From NCBI GenBank assembly GCA_902482615.1, contig CABTAA010000001.1, positions 1-33,985 on the forward strand: a DNA stretch of 33,985 nucleotides, read 5' to 3'. A model generated the notes under the pieces. The model did no database searches, was not told the origin of the DNA, and saw only the letters and a program-made list of their open reading frames with translations. The translations under genes were made by a program, and so were the position numbers. This document shows, in pieces, positions 8,492 to 17,220 of the stretch (positions are counted from its first letter, which is position 1; the number at the start of each line of letters is the position of its first letter). The stretch is from an uncultured Collinsella sp. GTDB lineage: Bacteria; Actinomycetota; Coriobacteriia; Coriobacteriales; Coriobacteriaceae.

Positions 8492-10507
8492 ATGGTAAAG
8501 ATTCGAGAGAAGCAAACCGAGCAGCTCGAGAAAGCTGCCTCCAAGGGGCTCAAGCTCGGTGGCTGGAAGAAGATGACGCTGTCTTCTAAGATTGCCGCCG
8601 TCGTGCTGGTGCTGGTCGCCTTGACCGCGATTCTTGCGCCCCTTCTTGCCCCCTATAGCCCGGTCGAGATTTTCACTGCTCGCCAGGCTCCCGGCAACGG
8701 ATTTATCTTCGGTACCGATGATAAGGGCCGCGACATCCTGTCGCGTATGCTCTACGGTGGTCGTTACTCGCTGATCATCGGCTTTGGCGCTACTGCCATG
8801 GCTCTGGTCTGCGGCTCGGTCGTGGGCGCCCTCGCGGCGGTTTCGCGCAAGTCCGTTTCCGAGGCGATCATGCGCATCCTGGACATCATCATGTCCATCC
8901 CGGGCATCGCCCTTGCTGCCGTCTTCGTCTCCATCCTGGGCAATTCCGTGCCGTCGATCATCTTCGCCATCGGCTTTATGTACACTCCGCAGATTGCCCG
9001 TATCGTGCGCGCCAACATCGTGTCCGAGTACGGCGAGGACTATGTCCGCGCGGTCATCGTTTCCGGCGCCAAGGCTCCGTGGATTTTGATCAAGCATGTT
9101 CTGCGTAACTGCATCGCCCCGATCATGGTCTTTACCGTTACCCTGGTCGCCGACGCCATCATCTTCGAGGCCTCGCTGACCTTCATCGGCGCTGGTATCC
9201 AGGAGCCCACCGCTACCTGGGGCAACATCCTCGCTGACGCTCGCGGTGGCGTGCTCGCTGGCCGTTGGTGGCAGGCGCTGTTCCCGGGCCTGGCCATCAT
9301 GATCACCTGCCTGGCACTCAACATCCTCTCCGAGGGCATTACCGACGCCATGGCCGCTGCTCCCTCCGCCGCCCTGGATCCGACCGACTCCTCCAAGCGC
9401 CGCGAGGCCGACCTGCTGGTCTCCGACCCCGTTCGCGCCTACAAGGAGCAGGCTCAGTCCCTGTCCGCCCGTCTTGGCGCTCTGCGCGATGTCGAACTCA
9501 AGCGTAACGACCGCCATGTGCCCGATGAGTCCGTCGAGCCGATCCTTTCGGTCCGCGATTTCTGCATCCAGTTTGAGCACCACGGTGACATCAACGTCGT
9601 CGACCACGTCAACTTTGACGTCCGTCCCGGCCAGACCATGGGCCTGGTAGGCGAGTCCGGTTGCGGTAAGTCCATCACCACGCTGGCTATCATGGGCCTG
9701 ACCGACGATGACGAGCATCTTTCCGGCGAGGTTCTCTGGGAGGGCCGCGACCTGCTCAAGATGAGCAAGAAGGAGTGGTTCGGCCTTCGCGGTACCGATA
9801 TCGCCATGGTCTATCAGGACGCCCTGTCCTCGCTCAACCCCTCCATGCTCATTTCCGCCCAGATGAAGCAGCTCACCAAGCGTGGCGGCACCCGTAGCGC
9901 CGAGGAGCTCCTGGAGCTCGTGGGCCTCGACCCCAAGCGTACGCTCGAGAGCTATCCGCATGAGCTTTCCGGTGGCCAGCGTCAGCGCGTTCTGATCGCT
10001 ATGGCCCTTACCCGCGACCCCAAGCTGGTCATCTGCGACGAGCCCACGACCGCTCTGGACGTTACCGTCCAGAAGCAGGTCATCAAGCTGCTTAACGACC
10101 TTCAGGCCAAGCTCGGCTTTGCCATGATCTTCGTTTCGCACGACCTGGCACTGGTCGCCGAGGTCGCTCATAACATCACGGTTATGTACGCCGGTCAGGT
10201 TATCGAGCAGGCGCCCACCAAGGAGCTGCTCACCAACCCGATTCACGAGTACACCCGCGGCCTTCTGGGTTCCGTCCTGTCCATCGAGAGCGGTTCGGGC
10301 CGCCTGCACCAGGTGCCCGGCGCCGTTCCGAGCCCGCGCGATTTCCCCAAGGGCGATCGCTTCGCGCCCCGCTCGAGCCATCCGCGCATTGGCCTGGACA
10401 CCCGTCCGGTCTTCAAGCGCGTGCCCGGCACCGAGCACTTCTATTCCGAGCTCCCCGACGAGGTGCTCAAGGCAAATGGTTTGACCCCTCACGCGGAGGT
10501 GATGTAG
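8492..10507 (+). CDS. Fused ABC permease (DppC) + ATPase (DppD)
   Basis: N-half FGTDDKGRD and EDYVRA; C-half GESGCGKS, LSGGQRQR, DEPTTALD in a single ORF, as in actinobacterial sialic acid ABC importers. Confidence 0.93.
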   Translation: MVKIREKQTEQLEKAASKGLKLGGWKKMTLSSKIAAVVLVLVALTAILAPLLAPYSPVEIFTARQAPGNGFIFGTDDKGRDILSRMLYGGRYSLIIGFGATAMALVCGSVVGALAAVSRKSVSEAIMRILDIIMSIPGIALAAVFVSILGNSVPSIIFAIGFMYTPQIARIVRANIVSEYGEDYVRAVIVSGAKAPWILIKHVLRNCIAPIMVFTVTLVADAIIFEASLTFIGAGIQEPTATWGNILADARGGVLAGRWWQALFPGLAIMITCLALNILSEGITDAMAAAPSAALDPTDSSKRREADLLVSDPVRAYKEQAQSLSARLGALRDVELKRNDRHVPDESVEPILSVRDFCIQFEHHGDINVVDHVNFDVRPGQTMGLVGESGCGKSITTLAIMGLTDDDEHLSGEVLWEGRDLLKMSKKEWFGLRGTDIAMVYQDALSSLNPSMLISAQMKQLTKRGGTRSAEELLELVGLDPKRTLESYPHELSGGQRQRVLIAMALTRDPKLVICDEPTTALDVTVQKQVIKLLNDLQAKLGFAMIFVSHDLALVAEVAHNITVMYAGQVIEQAPTKELLTNPIHEYTRGLLGSVLSIESGSGRLHQVPGAVPSPRDFPKGDRFAPRSSHPRIGLDTRPVFKRVPGTEHFYSELPDEVLKANGLTPHAEVM

Positions 10508-11335
10508 ATGAGCGAGACCGCAGTCAACGGCGTCGAGCCGATCATCTTCCTTGATGACGTCCACGTCACCTTTAGGACCCGTACCGGATCGATTCTGCAC
10601 CCCAACCTGGTTCACGCCGTCCAGGGTGTAACGATTAAGCTCATGCCCGGACAGACCATCGGCATCGTCGGCGAGTCCGGTTGCGGAAAGTCCACCACCG
10701 CCAACGTCATGTGCGGCCTTCAGGCCCCCACGAGCGGCAAGGTCTACTTTAAGGGCAAGGACGTTACCAAGCGTACCGCCGAGGACCGTCGCCACATGGG
10801 CCGCGTCATCTCGGTCGTGTTCCAGAACCCGGCCACGGCGCTCAACCCCCGCATGGTCGTTCGTGAGCAACTGCTCGACCCCATGCGCGTCCACAACTTG
10901 GGTACCGAGGCCGAGCAGGAGAAGCGCGTCAAGGAGCTCTTGGAGCTCACCGGTCTGCCCAGCTCCGCCGCCGAGGTTCTTCCCGGCCAGCTTTCGGGCG
11001 GCCAGCGACAGCGCGTCGCAATTGCCCGTGCCCTGTCGCTGAACCCCGATGCCATCATCGCCGACGAGCCCACCTCGGCTCTGGACGTTTCGGTCCGCGC
11101 GCAGATTCTGAACCTGCTGACCGACCTTAAGAAGGAGCTCGGCCTGGCCATGGTGTTCATCAGCCATGACATCCAGACGGTCCGCTATATCTCTGACGAC
11201 ATCATCGTTATGAATGGTGGCAAGATCGTCGAGCAAGGCGAGGCCAAGCAGGTCTTCCAGCACCCTCAGGACCCCTACACCAAGATGCTGCTCGGCGCTG
11301 CGCCGTCGCTGCTGCATCCCAAGCTCGGCGAGTAG
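10508..11335 (+). CDS. ABC ATPase, DppF/OppF type
   Basis: GESGCGKST, LSGGQRQR, DEPTSALD, SHD; starts immediately after the upstream stop. Confidence 0.93.
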   Translation: MSETAVNGVEPIIFLDDVHVTFRTRTGSILHPNLVHAVQGVTIKLMPGQTIGIVGESGCGKSTTANVMCGLQAPTSGKVYFKGKDVTKRTAEDRRHMGRVISVVFQNPATALNPRMVVREQLLDPMRVHNLGTEAEQEKRVKELLELTGLPSSAAEVLPGQLSGGQRQRVAIARALSLNPDAIIADEPTSALDVSVRAQILNLLTDLKKELGLAMVFISHDIQTVRYISDDIIVMNGGKIVEQGEAKQVFQHPQDPYTKMLLGAAPSLLHPKLGE

Positions 11336-11351
11336 CCTCGCTTTCCCTCCC

Positions 11352-11379
11352 GTGCGCCCGGTTCCCTTGCCGGGCGCAC
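11352..11379 (+). other. Intergenic GC-rich stem-loop
   Basis: GTGCGCCCGG / CCGGGCGCAC, 10 bp perfect; no U tract. Confidence 0.5.
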
Positions 11380-11415
11380 CTCCGTTGCGATTTCGAAAGG
11401 CTGGGTTCACGAGCC

Positions 11416-12393
11416 ATGCCAAGTGCTCAGGAGCTACAACAGCAATTTGGTGAATATCGAGGCGCTATGCCCCGTCCATCGGATTTCGATCTCTTTTGGA
11501 AGGACCGCGTGGCCGAGGCCGACGCTGTCGAGCTCGACTACGAGATTGAGGCGGCTTCGGTTGCGGATTCCGCGACCTGTCGGTTTTTCGACCTCTGGTA
11601 TACCGGCATGTGTGGTGCACGCCTGCATGCCAAGTACCTTAAACCCGTCTCGGACGAGCCTGTGCCATTGGTACTTCAGTTCCATGGGTATCCGGGTGCA
11701 AGCCGCAGCTGGTTTGAGCAGGCGTCGTTTGCGGGCATGGGCATGGCGCTCATTGCTCTCGATTGTCCTGGCCAAGGAGGCCCCTCCGAGGACATTGGTG
11801 GATTTGAGGGCACGACGGTCGCGGGCCATATCGTCGCCGGTATCGACGGCGACCCGGCCAACCTCTACTATGTCCGCCTACATCAGGATATCCGCATTCT
11901 GTGCCGTATCGTTCGCGAGCTCGAGGGCATCGATCTTACCCGCGTGTATGTGAACGGCGCATCGCAGGGCGGCGGTTTGGGCATTGCGACCTGCGCGCTT
12001 AACAGCGAGCTTATCAATCGCGCCGCCATCCTCTATCCCTTCCTGTCGGACTTCCGCCTGGTTTGGGATCTGGACGCCGACGATATTGCCTACGAGGGTC
12101 TGCGCTATTGGTCGCGTTGGTTTGACGAGGACTCGACTCGTATCGAGGAAGCCTATGCCAAGCTGGCGTACTTCGATTCCAAGAATTTTGCCCCCATGGT
12201 CAAGTGCCCCGTGCTGTTTGGCACGGGCACGGCCGATATCGTCTGTCCGCCGGCAACGCAGTTTGCGGTGTACAACAACCTGTCCTGCGACAAGCGTCAT
12301 GAGTTCTTTGAAGGCTTTGGCCACGAGGAGATTCAGGACTTTGATGATCTAATCATTCCATTTTTCTGTGAGGGAGGGGAGGCTCATGTCTAA
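11416..12393 (+). CDS. Acetyl esterase, acetylxylan esterase/CE7-like alpha/beta hydrolase; candidate sialate O-acetylesterase
   Basis: P-x-DFD-x-FW N-terminus, FHGY, (P)GQ, nucleophile elbow GASQGG, acid in ADIVCPP, His in GHEE. Confidence 0.85.
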   Translation: MPSAQELQQQFGEYRGAMPRPSDFDLFWKDRVAEADAVELDYEIEAASVADSATCRFFDLWYTGMCGARLHAKYLKPVSDEPVPLVLQFHGYPGASRSWFEQASFAGMGMALIALDCPGQGGPSEDIGGFEGTTVAGHIVAGIDGDPANLYYVRLHQDIRILCRIVRELEGIDLTRVYVNGASQGGGLGIATCALNSELINRAAILYPFLSDFRLVWDLDADDIAYEGLRYWSRWFDEDSTRIEEAYAKLAYFDSKNFAPMVKCPVLFGTGTADIVCPPATQFAVYNNLSCDKRHEFFEGFGHEEIQDFDDLIIPFFCEGGEAHV

Positions 12394-13237
12394 GTGCGAG
12401 AGCAATATCGATGAGCTGATAGTCCCCGGGCTCGTGGGAATTCCTGGAACGGTTTCGTCAAGGCTCGCAGAATATCGGGACTGGCACGGTGATGTCCAAG
12501 CAGCTGTTTCTGATTTAGAGACATGCGCTTCGAATCTTGAGATTCAAGGCCTGGCCATTACGGCAATTGACTTTGTTAACCCTTGCGCCCGTTACTCGGA
12601 GGTTTCCTTTAAGCTCGGTGACGATGCGGTCCACGCTCGTTTGATTGAGCCTGTTGGTCGTGCCCGAGTATCTGAGCGTGTGCCGCTGTGCCTGATGTTC
12701 CACGACATCGATCGGCCTGTGCGCGGCTGGCATCACATGACGAGATTTGCCGCCATGGGGTATGCCGTCCTCGCGCTGGATGACGGTGTTGCTGGTACGG
12801 ACGACCTGCAGCGGGGGATTGCTTCGCCCGCTTTTGTCGAGCGCGTCCGTTGGGGCTGCGCGTTGGCGAAGGTCGCGCGCAATCTTGATGGCATGGACCC
12901 CGACCGCATCTTTGCATGGGGCGAGGGCCTTGGTGGCGGTGTCGCTTTGGCGGTCTCCGCCTTGGATAAGTGTGGCCTTGCCTGCACGGCGGTTGCCAAT
13001 CCAATTCCCGGTGGCCTTGAGGCGCTGTCGTCTCGGGTGCGCGGATCGGTTCTCATGGGCACATCGCTTATGGATGCCGCGAGCGACCCCAAGGGCCAGT
13101 TTGCCGTATTCAACGGTCTTGAGTGTGACCGGAGGCATATCATCTATGCCAAATACGCTCACGAGCGCATCAATGCGTTCGAAAACGAAGTCGTCGACTT
13201 CTTTAACCAAACGTTCTACCCGTGTTCTTTGGCCTAG
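12386..13237 (+). CDS. Divergent CE7-like alpha/beta hydrolase lacking the catalytic Ser
   Basis: ATG overlaps the upstream stop by 8 nt, after GGGAGG. Collinear with the upstream esterase (QFAVFN, YAHE) but the elbow reads GEGLGG. Confidence 0.7.
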   Translation: MSKCESNIDELIVPGLVGIPGTVSSRLAEYRDWHGDVQAAVSDLETCASNLEIQGLAITAIDFVNPCARYSEVSFKLGDDAVHARLIEPVGRARVSERVPLCLMFHDIDRPVRGWHHMTRFAAMGYAVLALDDGVAGTDDLQRGIASPAFVERVRWGCALAKVARNLDGMDPDRIFAWGEGLGGGVALAVSALDKCGLACTAVANPIPGGLEALSSRVRGSVLMGTSLMDAASDPKGQFAVFNGLECDRRHIIYAKYAHERINAFENEVVDFFNQTFYPCSLA

Positions 13238-13305
13238 ACGGCCTGGACACTGCCAACAAGAGTGGGCGGCATAGGGCTGCCCGCCAGACAACTAAGGAGA
13301 TTCTT

Positions 13306-14226
13306 GTGGCAACTCAGAAATTCACCGGCGTTATCCCTCCCGTCGTTGTTCCCGATACCGAAGACCACCAGCTCGATGTTGCCTCCTTTGAGCGCAGCAT
13401 TAACCGCATGATCGACGCCGGCGTCGATGGCCTGTTCTTCTTGGGCTCTTCGGGTGAGGTCGTCTTCTCTACCGACGAGCGTCGTCGCCAGATTATCGCC
13501 GAGGCCGTCCGCATCGTTGACCACCGCGTGCCCGTCTTGGTCGGCATCATCGATACCGAGACCGAGCGCATGATTGAGCATGGCAAGGTTGCTCAGGAGC
13601 TGGGCGCCGATGCGCTTGTCGCCACCTGCCCGTTCTATGCCCTGCAGGGCATGACCGAGGTTGAGGAGCATTTCCGCATCCTGCACGAGGAGCTCGATCT
13701 GCCCATCTTTGCCTATGACATTCCCGTGTGCGTTCACACCAAGCTCCCCTGGAAGCTCCTTGCCAAGCTCGGCGCCGAGGGCGTCCTGGCCGGCGTCAAG
13801 GATTCCTCGGGCGATGACATCTCGTTCCGCTACCTCGTTCAGGAGAACGAGAAGAATGGCCATCCGATGAGCATTCTCACCGGTCACGAGGTTGTTGTCG
13901 ACGGCGCCTACCTCGGTGGCGCCGACGGTTCCGTCCCGGGTCTCGCCAACGTTGAGCCCGAGGGCTACGTGCGTCAGTGGAAGGCCGCTCAGGCTGGTGA
14001 CTGGGCTACCGTCAAGGCCGAGCAGGATCGCCTCAATGAGATTTCGCACATCTGGGATGTCACCTCGGGCGTCCAGGGCTATGCCGGTGGCGTCGGCGCC
14101 TTCAAGACCGCTATGAACCTCATGGGCATCTTCGACAGCCCGACCATGCCGCGCCCGGTGAAGGCCATGACCGGCGAGAACGTCGAGGCGATTAGGAAGG
14201 TCCTCCAGGACAACGGTCTCCTGTAA
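13306..14226 (+). CDS. nanA: N-acetylneuraminate lyase (DHDPS family)
   Basis: GTG after TAAGGAG; GSSGE motif, YDIP, Schiff-base Lys in KDSSGD; adjacent to a ROK kinase and nanE. Confidence 0.88.
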   Translation: MATQKFTGVIPPVVVPDTEDHQLDVASFERSINRMIDAGVDGLFFLGSSGEVVFSTDERRRQIIAEAVRIVDHRVPVLVGIIDTETERMIEHGKVAQELGADALVATCPFYALQGMTEVEEHFRILHEELDLPIFAYDIPVCVHTKLPWKLLAKLGAEGVLAGVKDSSGDDISFRYLVQENEKNGHPMSILTGHEVVVDGAYLGGADGSVPGLANVEPEGYVRQWKAAQAGDWATVKAEQDRLNEISHIWDVTSGVQGYAGGVGAFKTAMNLMGIFDSPTMPRPVKAMTGENVEAIRKVLQDNGLL

Positions 14227-14233
14227 AGCTTCC

Positions 14234-14321
14234 CCAGGCACCCGACCTCGCCGTTCAGCCTTGCGGCCATGACCCATTAGGTCAATGGCCGCGAGGCTTC
14301 GCGGCGATCTCGGGCACCTGG
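14234..14321 (-). repeat. Rod-like hairpin element, family A, copy 1
   Basis: 88 nt imperfect inverted repeat that pairs better on the minus strand (CA/CA mismatches become TG/TG); aligns with 15389-15474. Confidence 0.8.
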
Positions 14322-14399
14322 AAAACCTTTACCGCGCTGTGACGGCTAGCCTGACGGCGCATTTCCTGTAGTTGTTTTTTATCTCCTAAGGAGAGCGAC

Positions 14400-15365
14400 A
14401 TGGAGAACAAGTACATTTGCTCCGTTGATATCGGCGGCACCAAGATTGCGACCGCCATTATGGAGTACCCGGCTGACGGTAGTGTGCCCCATCCCGTTTT
14501 TGAGGCCGAGGTTCCCACCGAGGCCCAAGAGGGCGGCGAGGCCGTCTTCCAGCGTATCGAGGCGTCCATCAAGGCTGCTCTCGAGGCGAATCCCGATGTC
14601 GAGGTCCTTGGCGTCGGCATTGGTGCCGCCGGCGTCGTCGATCCCAAGACGGGCGCCATCGCGTATGCCAACGAGATCATGCCCGGCTGGTCCGGCGTTC
14701 AGTTGGGGCCGCGTCTGCGCGAGGACCTTGGTCTCCCCGTTGCCGTTGTGGGCGACGTGCAGGCTCATGCTCTGGGCGAGGCCCACTGGGGCGTCGGCAA
14801 GGGCAAGTTCTCCGTCTTGTGCCTGGGCATCGGCACGGGCATCGGCGGCGCATATGTCGAGAACGGCCGCGTGATGCAGGGCTTCCATGGTGCTGCCGGC
14901 CATATGGGCCACATCGAGTGCTCGGCTGCCGCCGGCATTCCCTGCGCCTGCGGGCGTTCCGGCCATCTTGAGTCGGTTGCTTCGGGCACTTCCATTGGTC
15001 GTATGTACGATGAGCGCTTTGGTCGCGTCGACCCCAGCCGTCCTTCGGTCGGTCGCGATGTGAACGACCTGTGCCGTGCGGGCGACGCAAAGGCGACCGA
15101 GGTCATCCATGACGCCGGCTTTGCGCTGGGTGCCAGCTTGGGCTCGCTCGCTAACATCCTGGACCCCGAGGTCATCGTGCTTTCGGGCGGCGTGATTCAC
15201 CAAGGTCCCGATTGGCGTTCGCAGACTTGGAAGGATTCGGTGCACGAGGGCTATGCCAGCCAGGCGCTCGATCCGCTTCAGGACACGCCGATCCTCATCG
15301 GTTCTCTGGAGGGCGACGCGCCGCTTATCGGTGCCGCCGAACACCTTCTTGCGTCGTTGAAGTAA
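14400..15365 (+). CDS. nanK: ROK-family sugar kinase, probable N-acetylmannosamine kinase
   Basis: DIGGTK, GIGTGIGG, zinc motif H...CACGRSGHLE; lies between nanA and nanE. Confidence 0.85.
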   Translation: MENKYICSVDIGGTKIATAIMEYPADGSVPHPVFEAEVPTEAQEGGEAVFQRIEASIKAALEANPDVEVLGVGIGAAGVVDPKTGAIAYANEIMPGWSGVQLGPRLREDLGLPVAVVGDVQAHALGEAHWGVGKGKFSVLCLGIGTGIGGAYVENGRVMQGFHGAAGHMGHIECSAAAGIPCACGRSGHLESVASGTSIGRMYDERFGRVDPSRPSVGRDVNDLCRAGDAKATEVIHDAGFALGASLGSLANILDPEVIVLSGGVIHQGPDWRSQTWKDSVHEGYASQALDPLQDTPILIGSLEGDAPLIGAAEHLLASLK

Positions 15366-15382
15366 ACATAACTACCAAGTGC

Positions 15383-15480
15383 GCCTTCTGAGGTGCCGCA
15401 GATTGACGTGAAAGAGGAGCGAAGCGTACTTCGGTACGCGAGCGACGGTTTGAACGTCAAGGTGCGGTGTCTCAGAAGGC
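15383..15480 (+). repeat. Rod-like hairpin element, family A, copy 2
   Basis: 98 nt imperfect inverted repeat, GCCTTCTGAG...CTCAGAAGGC, with GA-rich internal loops and a C(TTCG)G apex. Confidence 0.8.
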
Positions 15481-15505
15481 TGTTTTGAGAAAGGTTGAGT
15501 CGAAC

Positions 15506-16192
15506 ATGACCGTTGATCCTTTGATTCAATCCCTGAAGGGCAAGCTCGTCGTGAGCGTTCAGGCGTATATGGGCGAGCCGCTTCGTACGCCCGAGACCAT
15601 GGCTCAAATGTCTCGCGCTTGCGAGCTCGGTGGCGCCGCCGCCATTCGCTGCCAGGGCCTTGCCGACATTGCCGCCATTAAGGGTCGCTGTGAGGTTCCT
15701 GTTATCGGCCTGTGGAAGGATGGGCACGAGGGCGTTTACATCACGCCGACGCTGCGTCACGCTCGCGCCTGCGTTGCTGCCGGTGCCGATATCGTGGCGA
15801 TCGACGCCACCGATCGTCCGCGCCCCGATGGCAAGACGGTCGAGGATACCTTCCGCCCGCTGCACGAGGAGGGTGTGCTCCTGATGGCGGATTGTGCCAC
15901 CATCGAGGACATTCGCCGTGCGGTTGATATGGGCTTCGACCTGGTATCCACCACGCTTTCTCACGGTGTCGCCGCCATCGACTGCACCATGGCCGATGGC
16001 CCCGACCTGCCGCTCCTGCGTCAGGCGACCGAGGAATTCCCCGGTCTTCCCATCATCTGCGAGGGCCGCGTGCACACGCCCGAGGAGGCTCGCGCCGCGA
16101 TCGATGCTGGAGCCTGGGCCGTTGTCGTCGGCACCGCCATCACGCACCCCACGAGTATTACGAGTTGGTTCAAGGCTGCGCTTGAGGCGTAA
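15506..16192 (+). CDS. nanE: N-acetylmannosamine-6-phosphate 2-epimerase
   Basis: LVVSVQA, PVIGLWK, YITPT, IAIDAT-like, EGR and VVVGTAITHP motifs; ATG at 15506 after GAAAGG. Confidence 0.95.
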   Translation: MTVDPLIQSLKGKLVVSVQAYMGEPLRTPETMAQMSRACELGGAAAIRCQGLADIAAIKGRCEVPVIGLWKDGHEGVYITPTLRHARACVAAGADIVAIDATDRPRPDGKTVEDTFRPLHEEGVLLMADCATIEDIRRAVDMGFDLVSTTLSHGVAAIDCTMADGPDLPLLRQATEEFPGLPIICEGRVHTPEEARAAIDAGAWAVVVGTAITHPTSITSWFKAALEA

Positions 16193-16243
16193 AACAGGCC
16201 TCGTATCCGCTCGGGGCGGTATACTCAATATAGGCAATTGACC

Positions 16244-16280
16244 GCGCGGGATCCGGGTTGCTGGGTCCCGCGCTTGTTTT
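16244..16280 (+). terminator. Probable intrinsic terminator of the nan operon
   Basis: 13 bp stem GCGCGGGATCCGG / CTGGGTCCCGCGC followed by TTGTTTT. Confidence 0.65.
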
Positions 16281-16311
16281 CGGGAGGCAACACATGCAAA
16301 AGGGAGATGCC

Positions 16312-17214
16312 ATGGATGCGGCGGAGCGCTCGGAGCGCATCCCCGATATCGTCATCATCACCGGAATGTCCGGATCAGGCCGCACACAGGCCATGCACGT
16401 GTTCGAGGACATGGGCTATTTTTGCATCGATAACCTGCCTCCGCGTCTCATCGCCCAGCTTGCCGAGCTCGTCGGCATCAATACGGGCGTGGGCAGGCAT
16501 CTCGCCGTCACCTGCGACCTGCGCAGCCAGGGCTTGTTCGATGAGCTGCTCGATGCCATTGCCGCACTCGAGGAGCGCGAGATGAGCTGTGACATCGTGT
16601 TTCTCGAGGCCTCTGACGAGGTGCTGATCCGTCGTTATAGCGAAAACCGCCGCCGCCATCCCATTGCCAAGCCGGGGGAGACTACGGCCGATGCCATTCA
16701 GCGCGAGCGCCTTCAGCTTCAGGGCGTGCGCGACCGAGCCGATATGATTATCGACACGAGCCGTCTGCGCACCTCTGCGCTGCGCAACAAGCTACGTATG
16801 GCATTTTCCGAGCTGTCCGACCAGCAGCTCATGGACGTCCACGTGTTCTCGTTTGGCTTTAAGCACGGCATGCCCGTCGAGGCGGACATTATGATCGACG
16901 TCCGCTTCCTGCCTAATCCGTTCTACGATCCCGAGATGCGCACGATGACCGGTCTCGATAAAAAGGTCTCCGATTTTGTTCTGGACCATCCCAAGACGCA
17001 GGAGTTTTGGAAGGCTTGGACTCAGCTGCTCGATACGGTGATGCCGGGCTATATCGCGGAGGGTAAGCCGCAGCTTTCTATCGCCATCGGCTGCACGGGC
17101 GGCCAGCACCGCAGCGTTGCCATTGCCGAGGCCACGGCCCGTTACCTGGAAGGCGCTCAGTATCATGTGAGCATCTCCCACCGCGACCTGTCGCGCGCCA
17201 ACACGAAGGCTTAG
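16312..17214 (+). CDS. rapZ: RNase adapter RapZ / YvcJ P-loop protein (alternative ATG at 16294)
   Basis: ITGMSGSGRT, GYFCIDNLP, SFGFKHG, DVRFLPNPFY, GCTGGQHRSV. Confidence 0.95.
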   Translation: MDAAERSERIPDIVIITGMSGSGRTQAMHVFEDMGYFCIDNLPPRLIAQLAELVGINTGVGRHLAVTCDLRSQGLFDELLDAIAALEEREMSCDIVFLEASDEVLIRRYSENRRRHPIAKPGETTADAIQRERLQLQGVRDRADMIIDTSRLRTSALRNKLRMAFSELSDQQLMDVHVFSFGFKHGMPVEADIMIDVRFLPNPFYDPEMRTMTGLDKKVSDFVLDHPKTQEFWKAWTQLLDTVMPGYIAEGKPQLSIAIGCTGGQHRSVAIAEATARYLEGAQYHVSISHRDLSRANTKA

Positions 17215-17220
17215 GCCTGC

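Noticed and set aside
7544..11422. 1292 aa minus-strand ORF, and similar long antisense ORFs (2461-4986, 5745-7250, 19385-20857, 21338-23071, 23719-25386)
   Set aside because: They mirror well-supported + strand genes, show no recognisable motifs, and are expected from stop-codon scarcity on the antisense strand of GC-biased coding sequence.
13306..14226. dapA as the identity of the DHDPS-family gene
   Set aside because: GSSGE rather than GTTGE, and direct linkage to a ROK kinase and nanE, favour nanA.
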